Shown here piece after piece: positions 19,791 through 30,200 of a stretch of 64,000 nt of DNA (position 1 is the stretch's first letter; every line of letters starts with the position of its first letter). The notes under the pieces are model-generated. The model saw nothing but the letters and a program-made list of their open reading frames with translations. It ran no database searches and had not been told where the DNA came from. The position numbers were made by a program, and so were the translations under genes. The stretch is from the NCBI GenBank assembly GCA_024636555.1, contig JAGXGW010000025.1:1543-65542 (forward strand), read 5' to 3'. Origin of the DNA: Paracoccaceae bacterium (GTDB lineage: Bacteria; Pseudomonadota; Alphaproteobacteria; Rhodobacterales; Rhodobacteraceae).

Positions 19791-20221
19791 CAGTCGTCCC
19801 CCCGCACCAGCGTGAAAAACTCCACCTTCGTGGCCGCCGCCTTGGCCGCGCGGCTGTCTTGTGTGGCCTGCATCTGCACCGCCAGCGGCTCCAGCAGCCC
19901 TGTGCGGACAGTCGCGGCCGCATCTCCCTGCATCAGCGCATCCACCAGCGCGGCCTGCTCGGCGTGTCGTTTGTCGCGCCCCTGCACATAGGCGTGGCCG
20001 ACCGCCCCGCTCTCCAGTGCCAGCGCGCAGCGGGTGACTGTCATCTCGCCCAGATTGAACGGCGCACCACTGCCGCCCATGCGGCCCTGCACCATCACAC
20101 CGCCCGGCTCCGGCATCCGCAGCCATGTGAACGCGGGCGTCAGGCCAAGGCCCCTCCAAAATCCGTCGAGCGTTGCGGCGGGCGCGCGCGCCAGCAGACC
20201 CATCCATTGCTTGCGATCCAT
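19790..20221 (-). CDS. phnG: C-P lyase subunit PhnG
   Basis: GGAGG RBS before MDRKQWM; GRMGGSGAPFNLGEMTVTRC and ATKVEFFTLVRG motifs. Confidence 0.96.
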   Translation of the reverse strand: MDRKQWMGLLARAPAATLDGFWRGLGLTPAFTWLRMPEPGGVMVQGRMGGSGAPFNLGEMTVTRCALALESGAVGHAYVQGRDKRHAEQAALVDALMQGDAAATVRTGLLEPLAVQMQATQDSRAAKAAATKVEFFTLVRGDD

Positions 20222-20275
20222 CGCCGCCTCCGTCCTGAGTTCCTGAAACTTCACACCAGCCGACAACTTGCAAAG

Positions 20276-20303
20276 CTGTCTAGATTGCTATACAACTATA
20301 CAA
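20276..20303. promoter_or_regulatory. Candidate PhnF (HutC-type GntR) operator
   Basis: Inverted repeat CTGTCTAG-ATTG-CTATACAA plus an adjacent second CTATACAA in the AT-rich phnG/phnF spacer. Confidence 0.5.
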
Positions 20304-20342
20304 ATTATTACAGTTTGCTTTGCCTGACACAAGCGCGGCTTC

Positions 20343-20360
20343 ATGAAATTTTGGTGACAG
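20343..20360 (-). promoter_or_regulatory. Pho box upstream of phnG
   Basis: Minus strand CTGTCAC-CAAA-ATTTCAT. Confidence 0.6.
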
Positions 20361-20362
20361 AT

Positions 20363-21076
20363 ATGCCGACAACCCCGCTCTGGTCCTCCATCGCAGAGAC
20401 GCTGCGTGCCGATATCGGCGGCGGCAAGTATCGCCCCGGCGACCGTTTGCCGACCGAGGCGGCGCTGGCCAAACGATTCGGCGTGAACCGCCATACCGTG
20501 CGCCATGCGCTGTCGGGGCTGGTCGAGGATGGCACCATCACCACGCGGCGCGGCGCAGGCGCATTTGTCACCCGCATGCCTACCGAATACCCGCTCGGGC
20601 GGCGGGTGCGGTTCCACCAGAACCTCGCGGCGGCGGGCCGCTTGCCGCAAAAAGTCTTTCTGCATATTGAGACCCGCAATGCCGATACCGAGGAGGCCAG
20701 CGCGCTGCGCCTGCCGCCCGATGCGCGCATCCATGCGGCGGAAGGGATCTCGCTGGCCGATGGCCTGCCGATCGCGCATTTCCGCAGCGTCTTTCCCGCC
20801 GCCCGCCTGCCCGATCTGCCCGCGCAACTACATCGCACAGGATCGGTGACACAAGCGCTCGCCGCCTGTGGCGTGGCCGATTACACCCGCGCCAGCACAA
20901 AGCTGTCAGCCCGCCGCGCCACACCGCTCGAGGCCCGCCATCTGATGCTGCGCGACGGCGATCCGGTGCTGGAATCGGTCGGGATCAACCACGATCCGGA
21001 GGGCAATCCAGTCGAATATGGCCGGACCTGCTTTGTCGGGGATCATGTTACGTTGAACATCACACCAGAGGGATGA
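20363..21076 (+). CDS. phnF: GntR/HutC-family phosphonate regulator
   Basis: Start MPTTPLW; LPTEAALAKRFGVNRHTVR HTH, RVRFHQNL and UTRA domain; divergent from phnG. Confidence 0.93.
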   Translation: MPTTPLWSSIAETLRADIGGGKYRPGDRLPTEAALAKRFGVNRHTVRHALSGLVEDGTITTRRGAGAFVTRMPTEYPLGRRVRFHQNLAAAGRLPQKVFLHIETRNADTEEASALRLPPDARIHAAEGISLADGLPIAHFRSVFPAARLPDLPAQLHRTGSVTQALAACGVADYTRASTKLSARRATPLEARHLMLRDGDPVLESVGINHDPEGNPVEYGRTCFVGDHVTLNITPEG

Positions 21077-21139
21077 AACCGTCACAGAAGTTACAAGCTT
21101 TTAAGTTATCCACAGGCTCACCCCATCTTGGAATGCGCC

Positions 21140-22324
21140 ATGACGATGCTTGCTCATCCCCCTCTTCGCCTGATCGGTGCCAGCGTGTTGCGCGATGGCG
21201 AGATGCAGAAACGCTCTGTCGCGATCACAGGCGGCGTCATCTCGAAAGGCCCGCTGCCGGAGGTCGATCTGACGGGGTATCTGGTCCTGCCCGGCATCAT
21301 CGACCTGCATGGCGACGCGTTCGAGCGGCATATCGCGCCGCGCCCTTCGGCCCCGTTCCCGATTGCCAGCGGCTTGCATGCCACCGACCGTGACGCCGCC
21401 GCCAACGGGGTGACAACCGCGTGGCTTGCGCAAAGCTGGTCGTGGGAGGGCGGGCATCGCAGCCCGGACATGGCCGAGGATATCATGGCGGAACTGGACA
21501 ATCTGCGGCCGCATCTGATGACCGATCTGCGCCTGCAACTGCGGGTCGAGACCCATACGGTCGAGACAGCAGACCGGCTGCTGGCCGCCGTGCGCCGCTA
21601 TGGCATCGACTATGTGATCTTCAACAACCATCTGGACGAGGCGCTGATGCTGGCGCAATCGCGCCCGGCCGAGCTGGTCCTCTGGGCCGCCAGATCGGGC
21701 CGCAGCGCCGAGGCGCAACTGGCGCTGGTCGAGGCGGCGCGCAAGCAATCGCCACACGTGCCGCGCTACCTGTGCCGTCTGGCCGAGGCTTTCGATACGC
21801 TGGGCGTGCATTCCGGCAGCCATGACGATCCCGACGGCGAAACCCGCGAACGGTTTTCGATGATCGGCGCGCGGATCTGCGAGTTTCCCACCGCCCGCTC
21901 TGCCGCCGCCTTGGCCCGCGCGGTCAATGATCCGGTGCTGATGGGCGCGCCGAACGTGGCGCGCGGCGGCTCGCAATCGGGCAATATCGCCGCGACAGAC
22001 CTGATCCGGCGCGGGCTGTGCGATGCGCTGGTGTCGGATTACTACTATCCCGCATTGGCACAGGCCGCGTTCCGGCTGGTGGATGACGAGGTACTGGACC
22101 TGCCCACGGCGTGGGGCATGATCTCGGCCCGTCCGGCGCAGATCCTGCATCTGGCGGATCGTGGCGTGATCGACTACGGCAAGCGCGCCGATCTGTGCAT
22201 CGTGAACGCGGCGACGCGGCAAGTCGAGGCGACACTCGTCGCCGGTCGCGTGACCTATCTCACCGCAGAGGCGGCGCGGCGGTTTCTGGGCGGGCGCGCG
22301 GCGCTGGCGCTGGCAGCGGAATAA
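21140..22324 (+). CDS. phnM: Second PhnM-like amidohydrolase-fold diphosphatase
   Basis: LPGIIDLHGDAFE, GSHDD, CEFPT, MGAPNVARGGSQSGN and VSDY; divergent from the 13.3-kb copy. Confidence 0.85.
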   Translation: MTMLAHPPLRLIGASVLRDGEMQKRSVAITGGVISKGPLPEVDLTGYLVLPGIIDLHGDAFERHIAPRPSAPFPIASGLHATDRDAAANGVTTAWLAQSWSWEGGHRSPDMAEDIMAELDNLRPHLMTDLRLQLRVETHTVETADRLLAAVRRYGIDYVIFNNHLDEALMLAQSRPAELVLWAARSGRSAEAQLALVEAARKQSPHVPRYLCRLAEAFDTLGVHSGSHDDPDGETRERFSMIGARICEFPTARSAAALARAVNDPVLMGAPNVARGGSQSGNIAATDLIRRGLCDALVSDYYYPALAQAAFRLVDDEVLDLPTAWGMISARPAQILHLADRGVIDYGKRADLCIVNAATRQVEATLVAGRVTYLTAEAARRFLGGRAALALAAE

Positions 22325-22346
22325 CCGGCTCCGGTGTAATCCGGCC

Positions 22347-22964
22347 TCACCCCTCGTAGCGTGCCAGAAACGCCTCTGCGCCCATGGCGCGAAAATCATC
22401 CAGTGCGGCGCGCAACCGCGCATGGTCCCATTCCCACCACGCCAGCGCGATCATCCGCGCGCCCAGTTCCTGCGACAGCCGCATCCGGATCATCCGCGCG
22501 GGCACACCGGCCACGATGGCATAAGGGGCCACGTCCCGCGTCACCACCGCCCCGGCCGCGACAACCGCACCATGGCCGACTGTCACCTCAGGTTTGATCT
22601 GGGCATTATGGCCGATCCATGTGTCATGCCCGATCATCACCCGGCGCGCGCGGCGTTTGGCGAACCACTCCGCATCATCACGCGCATCCGCCCAGTATGA
22701 GGCGCTGCGATACATGAAATGATGCAGGGAGGCACGATCCAGCGGGTGATCGGTCGCCCCGATCCGCACGAAGCTGGCGATATTGGCGAATTTGCCCACC
22801 GTGGCATTGGCGATGTCGCAAAAACGGTCGCAATAGCTGTAATCGCCGATCTCGCTATGCGCCACGCGTGAGCCCCGCCCGATTTCGCAGTATGCGCCGA
22901 ATGTCACATCGGTGATCTGGCAATCGGGATGCAGCATCGGCGCATCAGCCTTCAGATCCTTCAC
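22347..22964 (-). CDS. Hexapeptide-repeat acetyltransferase of phosphonate clusters
   Basis: [36 protein letters not shown] and WWEW xenobiotic-acetyltransferase-like tail; GTG start after AAGGA; follows phnE. Confidence 0.88.
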   Translation of the reverse strand: MKDLKADAPMLHPDCQITDVTFGAYCEIGRGSRVAHSEIGDYSYCDRFCDIANATVGKFANIASFVRIGATDHPLDRASLHHFMYRSASYWADARDDAEWFAKRRARRVMIGHDTWIGHNAQIKPEVTVGHGAVVAAGAVVTRDVAPYAIVAGVPARMIRMRLSQELGARMIALAWWEWDHARLRAALDDFRAMGAEAFLARYEG

Positions 22965-22971
22965 GTTTTAT

Positions 22972-22994
22972 CCTTCATCTTGCCCGAAACAGTC
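22972..22994 (+). repeat. Degenerate copy of intergenic short repeat
   Basis: CCTTCATCTTGCCCGAAACAGTC, 17/23 to the 51248 copy, including an exact 12-nt run TCTTGCCCGAAA; in the phnE/acetyltransferase spacer. Confidence 0.45.
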
Positions 22995-23006
22995 GACGTT
23001 GACCAA

Positions 23007-24335
23007 TCAGTGTCCCGAGTCGTCCCCCTTGATCAGCCGTCGCCGCAACCAGCCCGAAACCGAATCCATCATCATCACCATGAGAACGATCAGGATGATG
23101 TAATAGGTCACCTTTTCCCAATTGTTCTGCGTCTGCATCGCCTGTGTCAGGAACAGCCCGATGCCGCCTCCGGTGATCGCGCCGATGACCGTGGCGGAGC
23201 GTGTGTTGGATTCGAAGTAATACAAGATTTGCGACAGCAGGATCGGCGTCACCTGCGGGATCACCCCGAACCGGTAGCGTTGCAGCGGCTTGGCACCGGT
23301 CGATTGCACGCCCTCGATCTGCTTGCCGTCCACGTTTTCCAGCGCCTCGGAAAAACTTTTACCGAAACTTCCAGTATCGGTGATCAGGATCGCCAGCGCG
23401 CCGGTCATGGGGCCGGGACCGAAGGCGCGGCTCAGCACAATCGTCCAGATCAGGCCATCCACCCCCCGCACAAAGTCGAACACACGTCGCACCGCAAAGC
23501 GCAGGGCGATCACCGGCGCAAAGTTCCTGGCCGCAAGGAACGCGAGCGGCAAGGCGATGATCGCGGCCCCGAACGTCCCAAGAAAGGCCATCAGCACGGT
23601 TTCCCACATCGCCCAGAAGACATCCGTGTGCCGCCACAATGTGTTGCCCCAGAAATCCTGCCAAGCGCCCACGATGTTGCTACGGCTCTCGTCCAGTTGC
23701 GGGCCGGTCAGCACATCCCAGAAACTCACATCGTGATAGGGGCTCGACAGGGTGAACCAGAACATTTCCCAGCCAAGGGAATAACGAAACACCTCTGCCT
23801 TTGACCGCGTATAGCTCAGACGGCCCGCCTCGGTGGTGATTGACACGCGCGTCTTCGAGGCATTGACCCACTCCGGCACAGGGTCGGACAGGTTGGTGAC
23901 AACAGCACCATCGACGAGCTGCAGATTGATCGTCGGATGATCCGGCATTTCGAAGCTCACCAGCGTGTCATCCAGAAACCGGATCACATGATCGTCACCC
24001 AGATCGACCACCATATTGGTGCCCTGCACCTCGATCCAGTCGGGGTGCGTGCCGTCTGCATAGGTGCCGGCGCGCGCGCCTTCGATTGAAAAGGCCAGAT
24101 CATTGTCGCGATTGTCGCGCGAGACATGGGTCTTGTAGCTGTAACTGTCCGCCACAAGCGTGCGGGCATTGTCCATCCGCGCGCGGTCGGCAAGGCCCAT
24201 GACATCAAAGCTGATGAAGATATAGACGAGATAGGCCAGAACAACGACTGGCACAGCCAGTGCCACCAACTTCTTGCGGTGGAACAGCGCTTCTGTCTGC
24301 TGGCGCAGGTCTCCGTTGACACTGAGCATGGTCAT
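23007..24335 (-). CDS. phnE: Phosphonate ABC permease PhnE (long form with extra soluble domain)
   Basis: C-terminal permease core (ETVLMAFLGT, GKSFSEALEN, FESNTRSATVIG) preceded by about 200 aa hydrophilic domain after TM1. Confidence 0.92.
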   Translation of the reverse strand: MTMLSVNGDLRQQTEALFHRKKLVALAVPVVVLAYLVYIFISFDVMGLADRARMDNARTLVADSYSYKTHVSRDNRDNDLAFSIEGARAGTYADGTHPDWIEVQGTNMVVDLGDDHVIRFLDDTLVSFEMPDHPTINLQLVDGAVVTNLSDPVPEWVNASKTRVSITTEAGRLSYTRSKAEVFRYSLGWEMFWFTLSSPYHDVSFWDVLTGPQLDESRSNIVGAWQDFWGNTLWRHTDVFWAMWETVLMAFLGTFGAAIIALPLAFLAARNFAPVIALRFAVRRVFDFVRGVDGLIWTIVLSRAFGPGPMTGALAILITDTGSFGKSFSEALENVDGKQIEGVQSTGAKPLQRYRFGVIPQVTPILLSQILYYFESNTRSATVIGAITGGGIGLFLTQAMQTQNNWEKVTYYIILIVLMVMMMDSVSGWLRRRLIKGDDSGH

Positions 24336-25204
24336 GCGCCGGACCCCTTTACGAGACGGTTACGGTAGTGGCTCGACAACTGATCGAAGAACACGATCGT
24401 CAGAAACAGCAGAACAAAGATCGCGGCCGCCAGATCGAACTTGCCGGTGCCAAAGGTCATGGCGTTGCGCAGTTCGTAGCCGATGCCACCTGCCCCCACG
24501 AACCCGAGGATGGCCGAGGCACGGATGTTGATCTCGAACCGCATCAAAGTGTAGCTCAGGTAATTCGGTGCCACCTGCGGGAACACGCCCAACAGCATCC
24601 GTTGCGACCAGTTGGCCCCCACCGATGACAATCCCTCGACAGGTTTCAGATCGGCGTTTTCCGCGACTTCGGAAAACAGCTTGCCCAAGGCACCCGCCGT
24701 GTGAACGGCAATGGCGATCATCGCAGGGATCGGTCCGCCCCCCAGAATGAAGATCAGCACCAGCGCGATCACGATTTCGGGGAAGGCTCGCATGATATCC
24801 ATGGTCCGCCGGAAAACCGGGATCAGGCGCGGCCATCTTGCCAGACCGCGTGTCGACAACAGCGACAGCACCAGCCCCAAAAACGCGCCGACCAGCGTGG
24901 ATACTGCCGCGATGTTGATCGTCTCGATCAAAGCAGGAAAGTACCGCAGCAGGTTGGCGGGCATCCGGTCGATCTTGGCCCAAGCCTCGGTCACTACGCC
25001 TGCCGGAAAATCGAACAGTTGCGGCAAGCCATCCCAAAAGCCGCCAGCACTGCGCGCCTCGACCGTCTGGAACCCTGTGACCATCAGGAAAATGAATGCC
25101 GCCAGCAGAACAGCGCCGTAAGCCCGTCTGCGCCGCGTCATCGCCATATAGGCATCGCGCGTGGAGTGAACGCCCAAATTGCCAGTTGCGGAAATATCTG
25201 CCAT
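24332..25204 (-). CDS. phnE: Phosphonate ABC permease PhnE
   Basis: GKLFSEVAEN and RFEINIRASAILGFVGAGGIG motifs. Confidence 0.95.
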   Translation of the reverse strand: MADISATGNLGVHSTRDAYMAMTRRRRAYGAVLLAAFIFLMVTGFQTVEARSAGGFWDGLPQLFDFPAGVVTEAWAKIDRMPANLLRYFPALIETINIAAVSTLVGAFLGLVLSLLSTRGLARWPRLIPVFRRTMDIMRAFPEIVIALVLIFILGGGPIPAMIAIAVHTAGALGKLFSEVAENADLKPVEGLSSVGANWSQRMLLGVFPQVAPNYLSYTLMRFEINIRASAILGFVGAGGIGYELRNAMTFGTGKFDLAAAIFVLLFLTIVFFDQLSSHYRNRLVKGSGA

Positions 25205-25272
25205 TGCCCAGCCCCGTCACGAAAAAGCGCAGACCCGGAGCATGCCGGACCCGCGATCAGGATACGTGATCC

Positions 25273-26181
25273 TCAGTTGTTGATCTCTGCCTGGCGCAGC
25301 GCGACGATCGTCTCGTAGGCTGCATGCGTGACAGGCACGAAGCCGGCTGTTTCACCGGCAGCCACGCCATAGGCGCAATCCGCATCAGTGGCGTGCAGGT
25401 TCAGCATCAGGTCGGTCACTGTCTTCTTCACGTCATCAGGCAGCGCCTGACGTACGACGATCGGGCCTTCGGCAATCGGCTTGGAGCGCCAGATTTCAAC
25501 CAGATCGTTCATGTCGACCAGACCGCTATCCGCCGCCTTGCGCAACGCGCCCGAGTTGTAGCCGTCTTCCCAGTTGCCCTGGCCATCGGCCCAGGTCACA
25601 CCGGCATCCACATCACCGTTTGCAACCGCGACGATTGTCTGTTCATGACCGCCGACAAAGCGTACTTCCTTGAAATAGTCGCCGCTCTCCATTGTCGCAC
25701 CTGTCGCGGCGGGGACCTCGACCGACGGGATCAGGAAGCCGGAGGTGGAATTCGGATCGCCGAATGCAAAGACTTTGTCCTTCATGTCATCCAGCGAGGT
25801 GATGCCGCTGTCCGCGCGCGCGAAGCCGATGGAGTGGTAGCTGAACGAACCATCGAGATTGGTTTTCACAAGGATCGGCTCGATCGCATCGGGATCATCC
25901 ACAAAGACGCCTGCATAGGCCGATGGCCCAAGCCATGCGAGATCAAGGGTGCCGCCCAGCAGGCCCTGCATCACACCGTTATAGTCGGCAGGGGTGAACA
26001 TGCGCACAGGCACGCCCAGAGCTTCTTCGACATAGTCGGCAAGGCACTGGTTGGATGCCAGACGGTCCTGCGCGTTCTCGCCACCCAGAATGCCGATGCG
26101 GAATTCGGTGATCTGCTCCTGCGCAATGGCAGGGCTGACAAGGGCGGTCGTGATGACCATTGCGGCTAGCGTTTTTCTCAT
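25273..26181 (-). CDS. phnD: Phosphonate ABC substrate-binding protein
   Basis: Signal peptide; GILGGEN, ADYNGV, DPNSTSG and GGHE motifs. Confidence 0.95.
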   Translation of the reverse strand: MRKTLAAMVITTALVSPAIAQEQITEFRIGILGGENAQDRLASNQCLADYVEEALGVPVRMFTPADYNGVMQGLLGGTLDLAWLGPSAYAGVFVDDPDAIEPILVKTNLDGSFSYHSIGFARADSGITSLDDMKDKVFAFGDPNSTSGFLIPSVEVPAATGATMESGDYFKEVRFVGGHEQTIVAVANGDVDAGVTWADGQGNWEDGYNSGALRKAADSGLVDMNDLVEIWRSKPIAEGPIVVRQALPDDVKKTVTDLMLNLHATDADCAYGVAAGETAGFVPVTHAAYETIVALRQAEINN

Positions 26182-26238
26182 CGGTTCTCTCCGTTGGTAA
26201 AAATCCCCGCACGCTCCGCACGGGGGCGGTTTCAGATG

Positions 26239-27069
26239 TCAGACCGTGGCCTTGGCTTCGGCGATCACACGGGCGGCAGCATCCGAGCGTTCCAGCGCCT
26301 CGATACTGGTGCTGGTGGCTTCCTCGCTAAAGCTGGCATCGGCGCCGTAGATGTCGCGCGCGACGCCGGTGGTCAGCTGCTCGGGCGTACCGTCAAAAAC
26401 GACCCTGCCGTCACGCATCCCGATCACGCGGTCGCAATAGCGTCGAGCGGTATCCAGCGTATGCAGGTTGGCGATGACCATGCGGCCGTCTTCCTCGTGG
26501 ATGCGGCGCAGTGCCTCCATCACGACCTGCGCGTTCATCGGATCGAGGCTGGCGATGGGCTCGTCGGCCAGAATGATCTTGGGGTCCTGCATCAAAGCCC
26601 GCGCGATGGCGACCCGCTGCTGTTGACCCCCGGACAAGGCCTCGGCCCGCTTGGGCGCATGCGCGGCCATGCCAAGCCGGTCCAGAATGTCGATGGCGCG
26701 GTGGATATCGGCTGTGGGATAGAGGTTGAACATCGTTGCGAGGGTCGAGCGGCGATTCAGCGTGCAATGCAGCACATTGCTGACCACATCCATGCGCGGC
26801 ACCAGATTGAACTGCTGGAAGATCATCGCACAATCGGACTGCCATGCGCGCTTTGCCGTCCCCGTCAGCGTGAGGATATCGCGGCCTTCGTGGATCACCT
26901 CACCCGAGGTGGCATCCGTCAGACGATTGAGCATCCGCAACAGTGTCGACTTACCCGCACCCGACCGCCCGATGATCCCGATCATCTTGGGTGCGTCCAC
27001 CGCGAAACTCACACGGTCGCAGGCCGTGTTCGCACCGAACGTCTTGGTCAGTTTGATGACGGAAAACAT
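26239..27069 (-). CDS. phnC: Phosphonate ABC ATP-binding protein
   Basis: Start MFSV at 27069 after AAGGGG; [32 protein letters not shown] and [10 protein letters not shown] motifs. Confidence 0.96.
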   Translation of the reverse strand: MFSVIKLTKTFGANTACDRVSFAVDAPKMIGIIGRSGAGKSTLLRMLNRLTDATSGEVIHEGRDILTLTGTAKRAWQSDCAMIFQQFNLVPRMDVVSNVLHCTLNRRSTLATMFNLYPTADIHRAIDILDRLGMAAHAPKRAEALSGGQQQRVAIARALMQDPKIILADEPIASLDPMNAQVVMEALRRIHEEDGRMVIANLHTLDTARRYCDRVIGMRDGRVVFDGTPEQLTTGVARDIYGADASFSEEATSTSIEALERSDAAARVIAEAKATV

Positions 27070-27109
27070 GGCAACCCCCTTCGCTTTGGTGTGGGAGTAG
27101 CTCGAGGGC

Positions 27110-27149
27110 ACGACCGATTTGTTGCGGTTTCGTGAAATTTTTGTAAACG
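27110..27149 (-). promoter_or_regulatory. Degenerate tandem Pho-box-like units upstream of phnC
   Basis: Minus strand has 11-bp periodicity with A-rich 4-nt spacers: CGTTTAC AAAA ATTTCAC GAAA CCGCAAC AAAT CGGTCGT. Confidence 0.45.
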
Positions 27150-27192
27150 CCGCCCCAGCCGCGCCCCGGCCGCGCGATGCCGCACCTGATGC

Positions 27193-27250
27193 GCGTCCAC
27201 TGGGCGCAGCTATCCTCGGGGGTGTGTGCGGGGGGCGGACAGCCCCCCGC
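27193..27250 (+). repeat. Degenerate repeat copy with perfect GC hairpin (possible terminator of yhaN)
   Basis: Core 16/23 to copy 1, then TCGGGGG and the stem GCGGGGGGC-GGACA-GCCCCCCGC (27228-27250); same layout as the 51.2-kb copy; abuts the yhaN stop. Confidence 0.6.
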
Positions 27251-27251
27251 T

Positions 27252-30200
27252 TCAGCCTAGGGCGTGCACGCGCACCTTCGGGCAGACCTTGCGCGCGATC
27301 TCGCACAGGTGCCGATGATGGGTCAGATAGATCACCTGCCCCGCCTGCGCCATGCCGGCCAGCAAGGCGAATGTTTCGGCGGCGCGGTCATCATCAAAGG
27401 TCTCCAGAATGTCATCCGCGATAAAAGGCACCGTGGCGCGGGTTCCCGCGATTTCGTGGAAACCTGCCACCCGCAGCGCAAGGTAAAGCTGGAAGCGCGT
27501 GCCCTTGGACAGATCGCGCGCCAGTTTCGACGCGCCATGCGCCGCGATGGCCACCAGCACCTCGCGCTCGCCCTCCAATTGGGCGGCAAGGCGGCTGTAG
27601 GCCCCCCGCGTGATGACATGAAACGCATCTGAGGCGCGCTGCATCATCGCGCTGCGGTGGGTGTCGCGGTAGCCTTGCAGCGCGTGATCCACTGCCACCG
27701 CGCCAAGACGGTGCCGCAGATAGCCGCGCACATCCTCTTCGATTTGCAGCAGCAGGGTCTGGCGGCGCTCCTGCAACCGCGCCACGGCATCGTCGCCGCC
27801 AACGGCGTCGATCCGCGCCTGTGCCTGCATCCGCGTGGCATAAAGCTCTTGCAAGGCCTGCGCCTGACGTTGCTGCGCGGCCTGCAGACCGTCGCGGGTC
27901 GCGGCCAGCGCGGGCCGGTCCAGCCCGTCGAGCATCGCCATCGCCTCGTCCAGTCGCGCGGTGCCCATCCCCTCGCAGATATCGCGGGCCAGTTGGTCGC
28001 GCTGGCCCTGCAGGTCCTGACCCTGACGCAGGTGATCCACGGCCAGCACCAAGGCCGCGTTATCCGCGCAGCCCAGATGCGCGCGAAAATCCGTCAGCCG
28101 CGCCTCGACGGATGCCAGCCTGTCGCAAAGACCCCGCGCCATCTCGGCCCCCTTGTCGCACTTGCCTTGCAGGTCGCGTCGCTGCTCCTGCCCCCGCAGC
28201 GCGGCATGACGGCGCGCGACAAGCCGCTCCCATTGCGCGGCGGTCTCTGTCTCCGGCAGGCCCAGCCCGCTGGCCAGATCCGCAACGGCACCGGCAAAGG
28301 CCGCGCGGTTATCCTGCATCTTCGCGATCCGGTCCTGCAAGCCGCGCCATTCGGTCCAGACGCGGTCAAGCTCCTGCAGGAGATCCAGCGCCTCGCCCAT
28401 TGCGGCCACATCGGGCGGGCTGTCATGCAGAGCGATCCGCGCACAGGCGTCGCGCCATTCGTCTTGCCAAAGCTGCATCGCGGAATCGGCCCGCGCTTCT
28501 GCAGCACGGCGACGGGCCAGATCCGCTGCTGCCTCCTCCTGCGCCTGCGCCAGCGCGGCCATGTCGCGGGCGCGGGTTTGCAAAACATGCGCCTGCGCCA
28601 CCAGCAGCGCGAGCGGGGCATCGGCCTGCACCGCCTGTCCTGCGCCGTGCAAGGCCGCAGCCAGCGCGTCGCGCGCGGTCTGTTGCAGCGCCTTGGCCCC
28701 CGCCAGTTCCCGTTCCGCCGCTTGCAGCGCCTCCCTTGCCTCCAACGCGGTCTCGCGGCGGCGCAGCCAGTCCGCAAATTCCTCGGGCGCGGTGTCCGGC
28801 TCCAACCCGTCCGGCAGCTGCCCGGCGATCTCGCGCCGCAAGGCGGCAATCCGGCCTGCCGCCGTTTCTGCCGCCTCCTCCGCGCGCGCCATCTCGACGC
28901 CCAGAACCGCCAGTCGGGTTTGCGCCTCCGCGCGGCCACGTGCCTCTGCTTGCGCTTGCGCCAGTGCCGCGGTCACCTGATCATCGCGCCGCATCGCGGC
29001 TTCAAAGGCTTCGGCTGTCTGCACCGTCAGGCTGGCGCGGTGGCTGGACCACAGCGCTTCCCTTGCAGCACGGATCTCGGCGGCGATCTCCAGCGTGACC
29101 GCGCCTGCATCCGTCACCGCGCGTATTCCCGCCTCGGTCCGCGCCATGTCATCGGTGATGCGGGCCGAGGCCTCGCGCCCCTGCGCCTGCGCCTGCTGCG
29201 CGCCCGCGATATCCTGCCGCCAGTGCTGCACCTGTTCCACAGAAGGCACAGCCAGACCGGCCAGATCGCATCCGGTGCCGTGCCACGGCGCAAGCCGGGC
29301 AAGCTGTGCCTGCCATCTGTCCCGCGCCGCTCTTTGTGCGGCCAAGGCCCGCTCTGTCGTGCCTTCGGGATCACGGTGCAGCACGTTTTGCATCACCTCG
29401 TCCAGCACCGCCAGATCGGGCGAAGCGGCCAGATCGCCCCCGATCCGCCGCGCCAGCCCCTCGTGTTTGTCCTGCGCGGCCTGCGCCTCCGTCTGCGCGG
29501 TCTTGAGCGCGGCCACAACGCCGGACTGGCGCTCCATCAGCGCACGCAGCGCCGCGACGACCGGAACCGAAGGCAACACCTCCGCAGGATCGCGCCCGAC
29601 GGCCCCCAAACGGCGCAGCAGGTCATCCCTGCGCGTCTCGGCCGCCTGTGCTGCGGCCTGTCGTGCCGGAAGATCGCGAACCGCGCCGTCATAATCGGAT
29701 TTCAGCGCCTCGGCCGCCGCCATCCGCGGCACACAGGCCAGCATCTCGGCATCATCGGTTGCGGCGTCATGTTCGGCTTGCAAGGCCGCCATCTGCGCCG
29801 CCTGTTCCTCGATCCGGACGCGGATCAGCCCCTCGTCGCGGATCAGATCGGGCAGGTCCTCTGCCCAGCCCTGCGGCAGGGGCGGCAGGTCAGGCAGGTC
29901 GGCCAAAGCCGCAGTGACCAGTTGCAGGCGCGTCACCAGCGGCACGGCGGCCAGTTGGCGGTCGACAAGATGCAACTGCCGCACCGTCGCCTCCTGCTCG
30001 GCCTCGGCCGCGTCCCATGCCGCCTGCGCCTGATCGCGCTGCTGTGCCAGAACCGCAAAGTCACGCGCGCCGATATCCTGCGCCGCGATCTGCGCCTCGA
30101 TCTCCGCCAGCGCCTTTTTTAGATCGGCCAGCCCGCCCGAGCGGCCGCCGGGCTTGAAAAACCCGGTCGCCTGCGCGCGCAGATTGTCCAGCGCCTGCCC

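Noticed and set aside
19206-20273. 355-aa ORF suggesting an N-terminally extended PhnH or PhnG-H fusion
   Set aside because: The extension overlaps phnG out of frame; phnG and phnH have a normal TGATG stop/start junction at 19788-19792.
22347-22964. Chloramphenicol or streptogramin acetyltransferase resistance gene
   Set aside because: Same fold, but its position at the end of phnCDEE matches the phosphonate-associated family.
23007-26181. Apparently lower GC in phnDEE suggesting horizontal transfer
   Set aside because: Judged by eye only; no integrase, tRNA or flanking direct repeats, and membrane-protein codon bias could explain it.
27657-30122. 821-aa plus-strand ORF, and similar long antisense ORFs (9825-12035, 7657-9423, 48411-50174, 43152-44594)
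   Set aside because: Shadow ORFs opposite well-supported genes; expected in high-GC DNA and lacking recognisable motifs.
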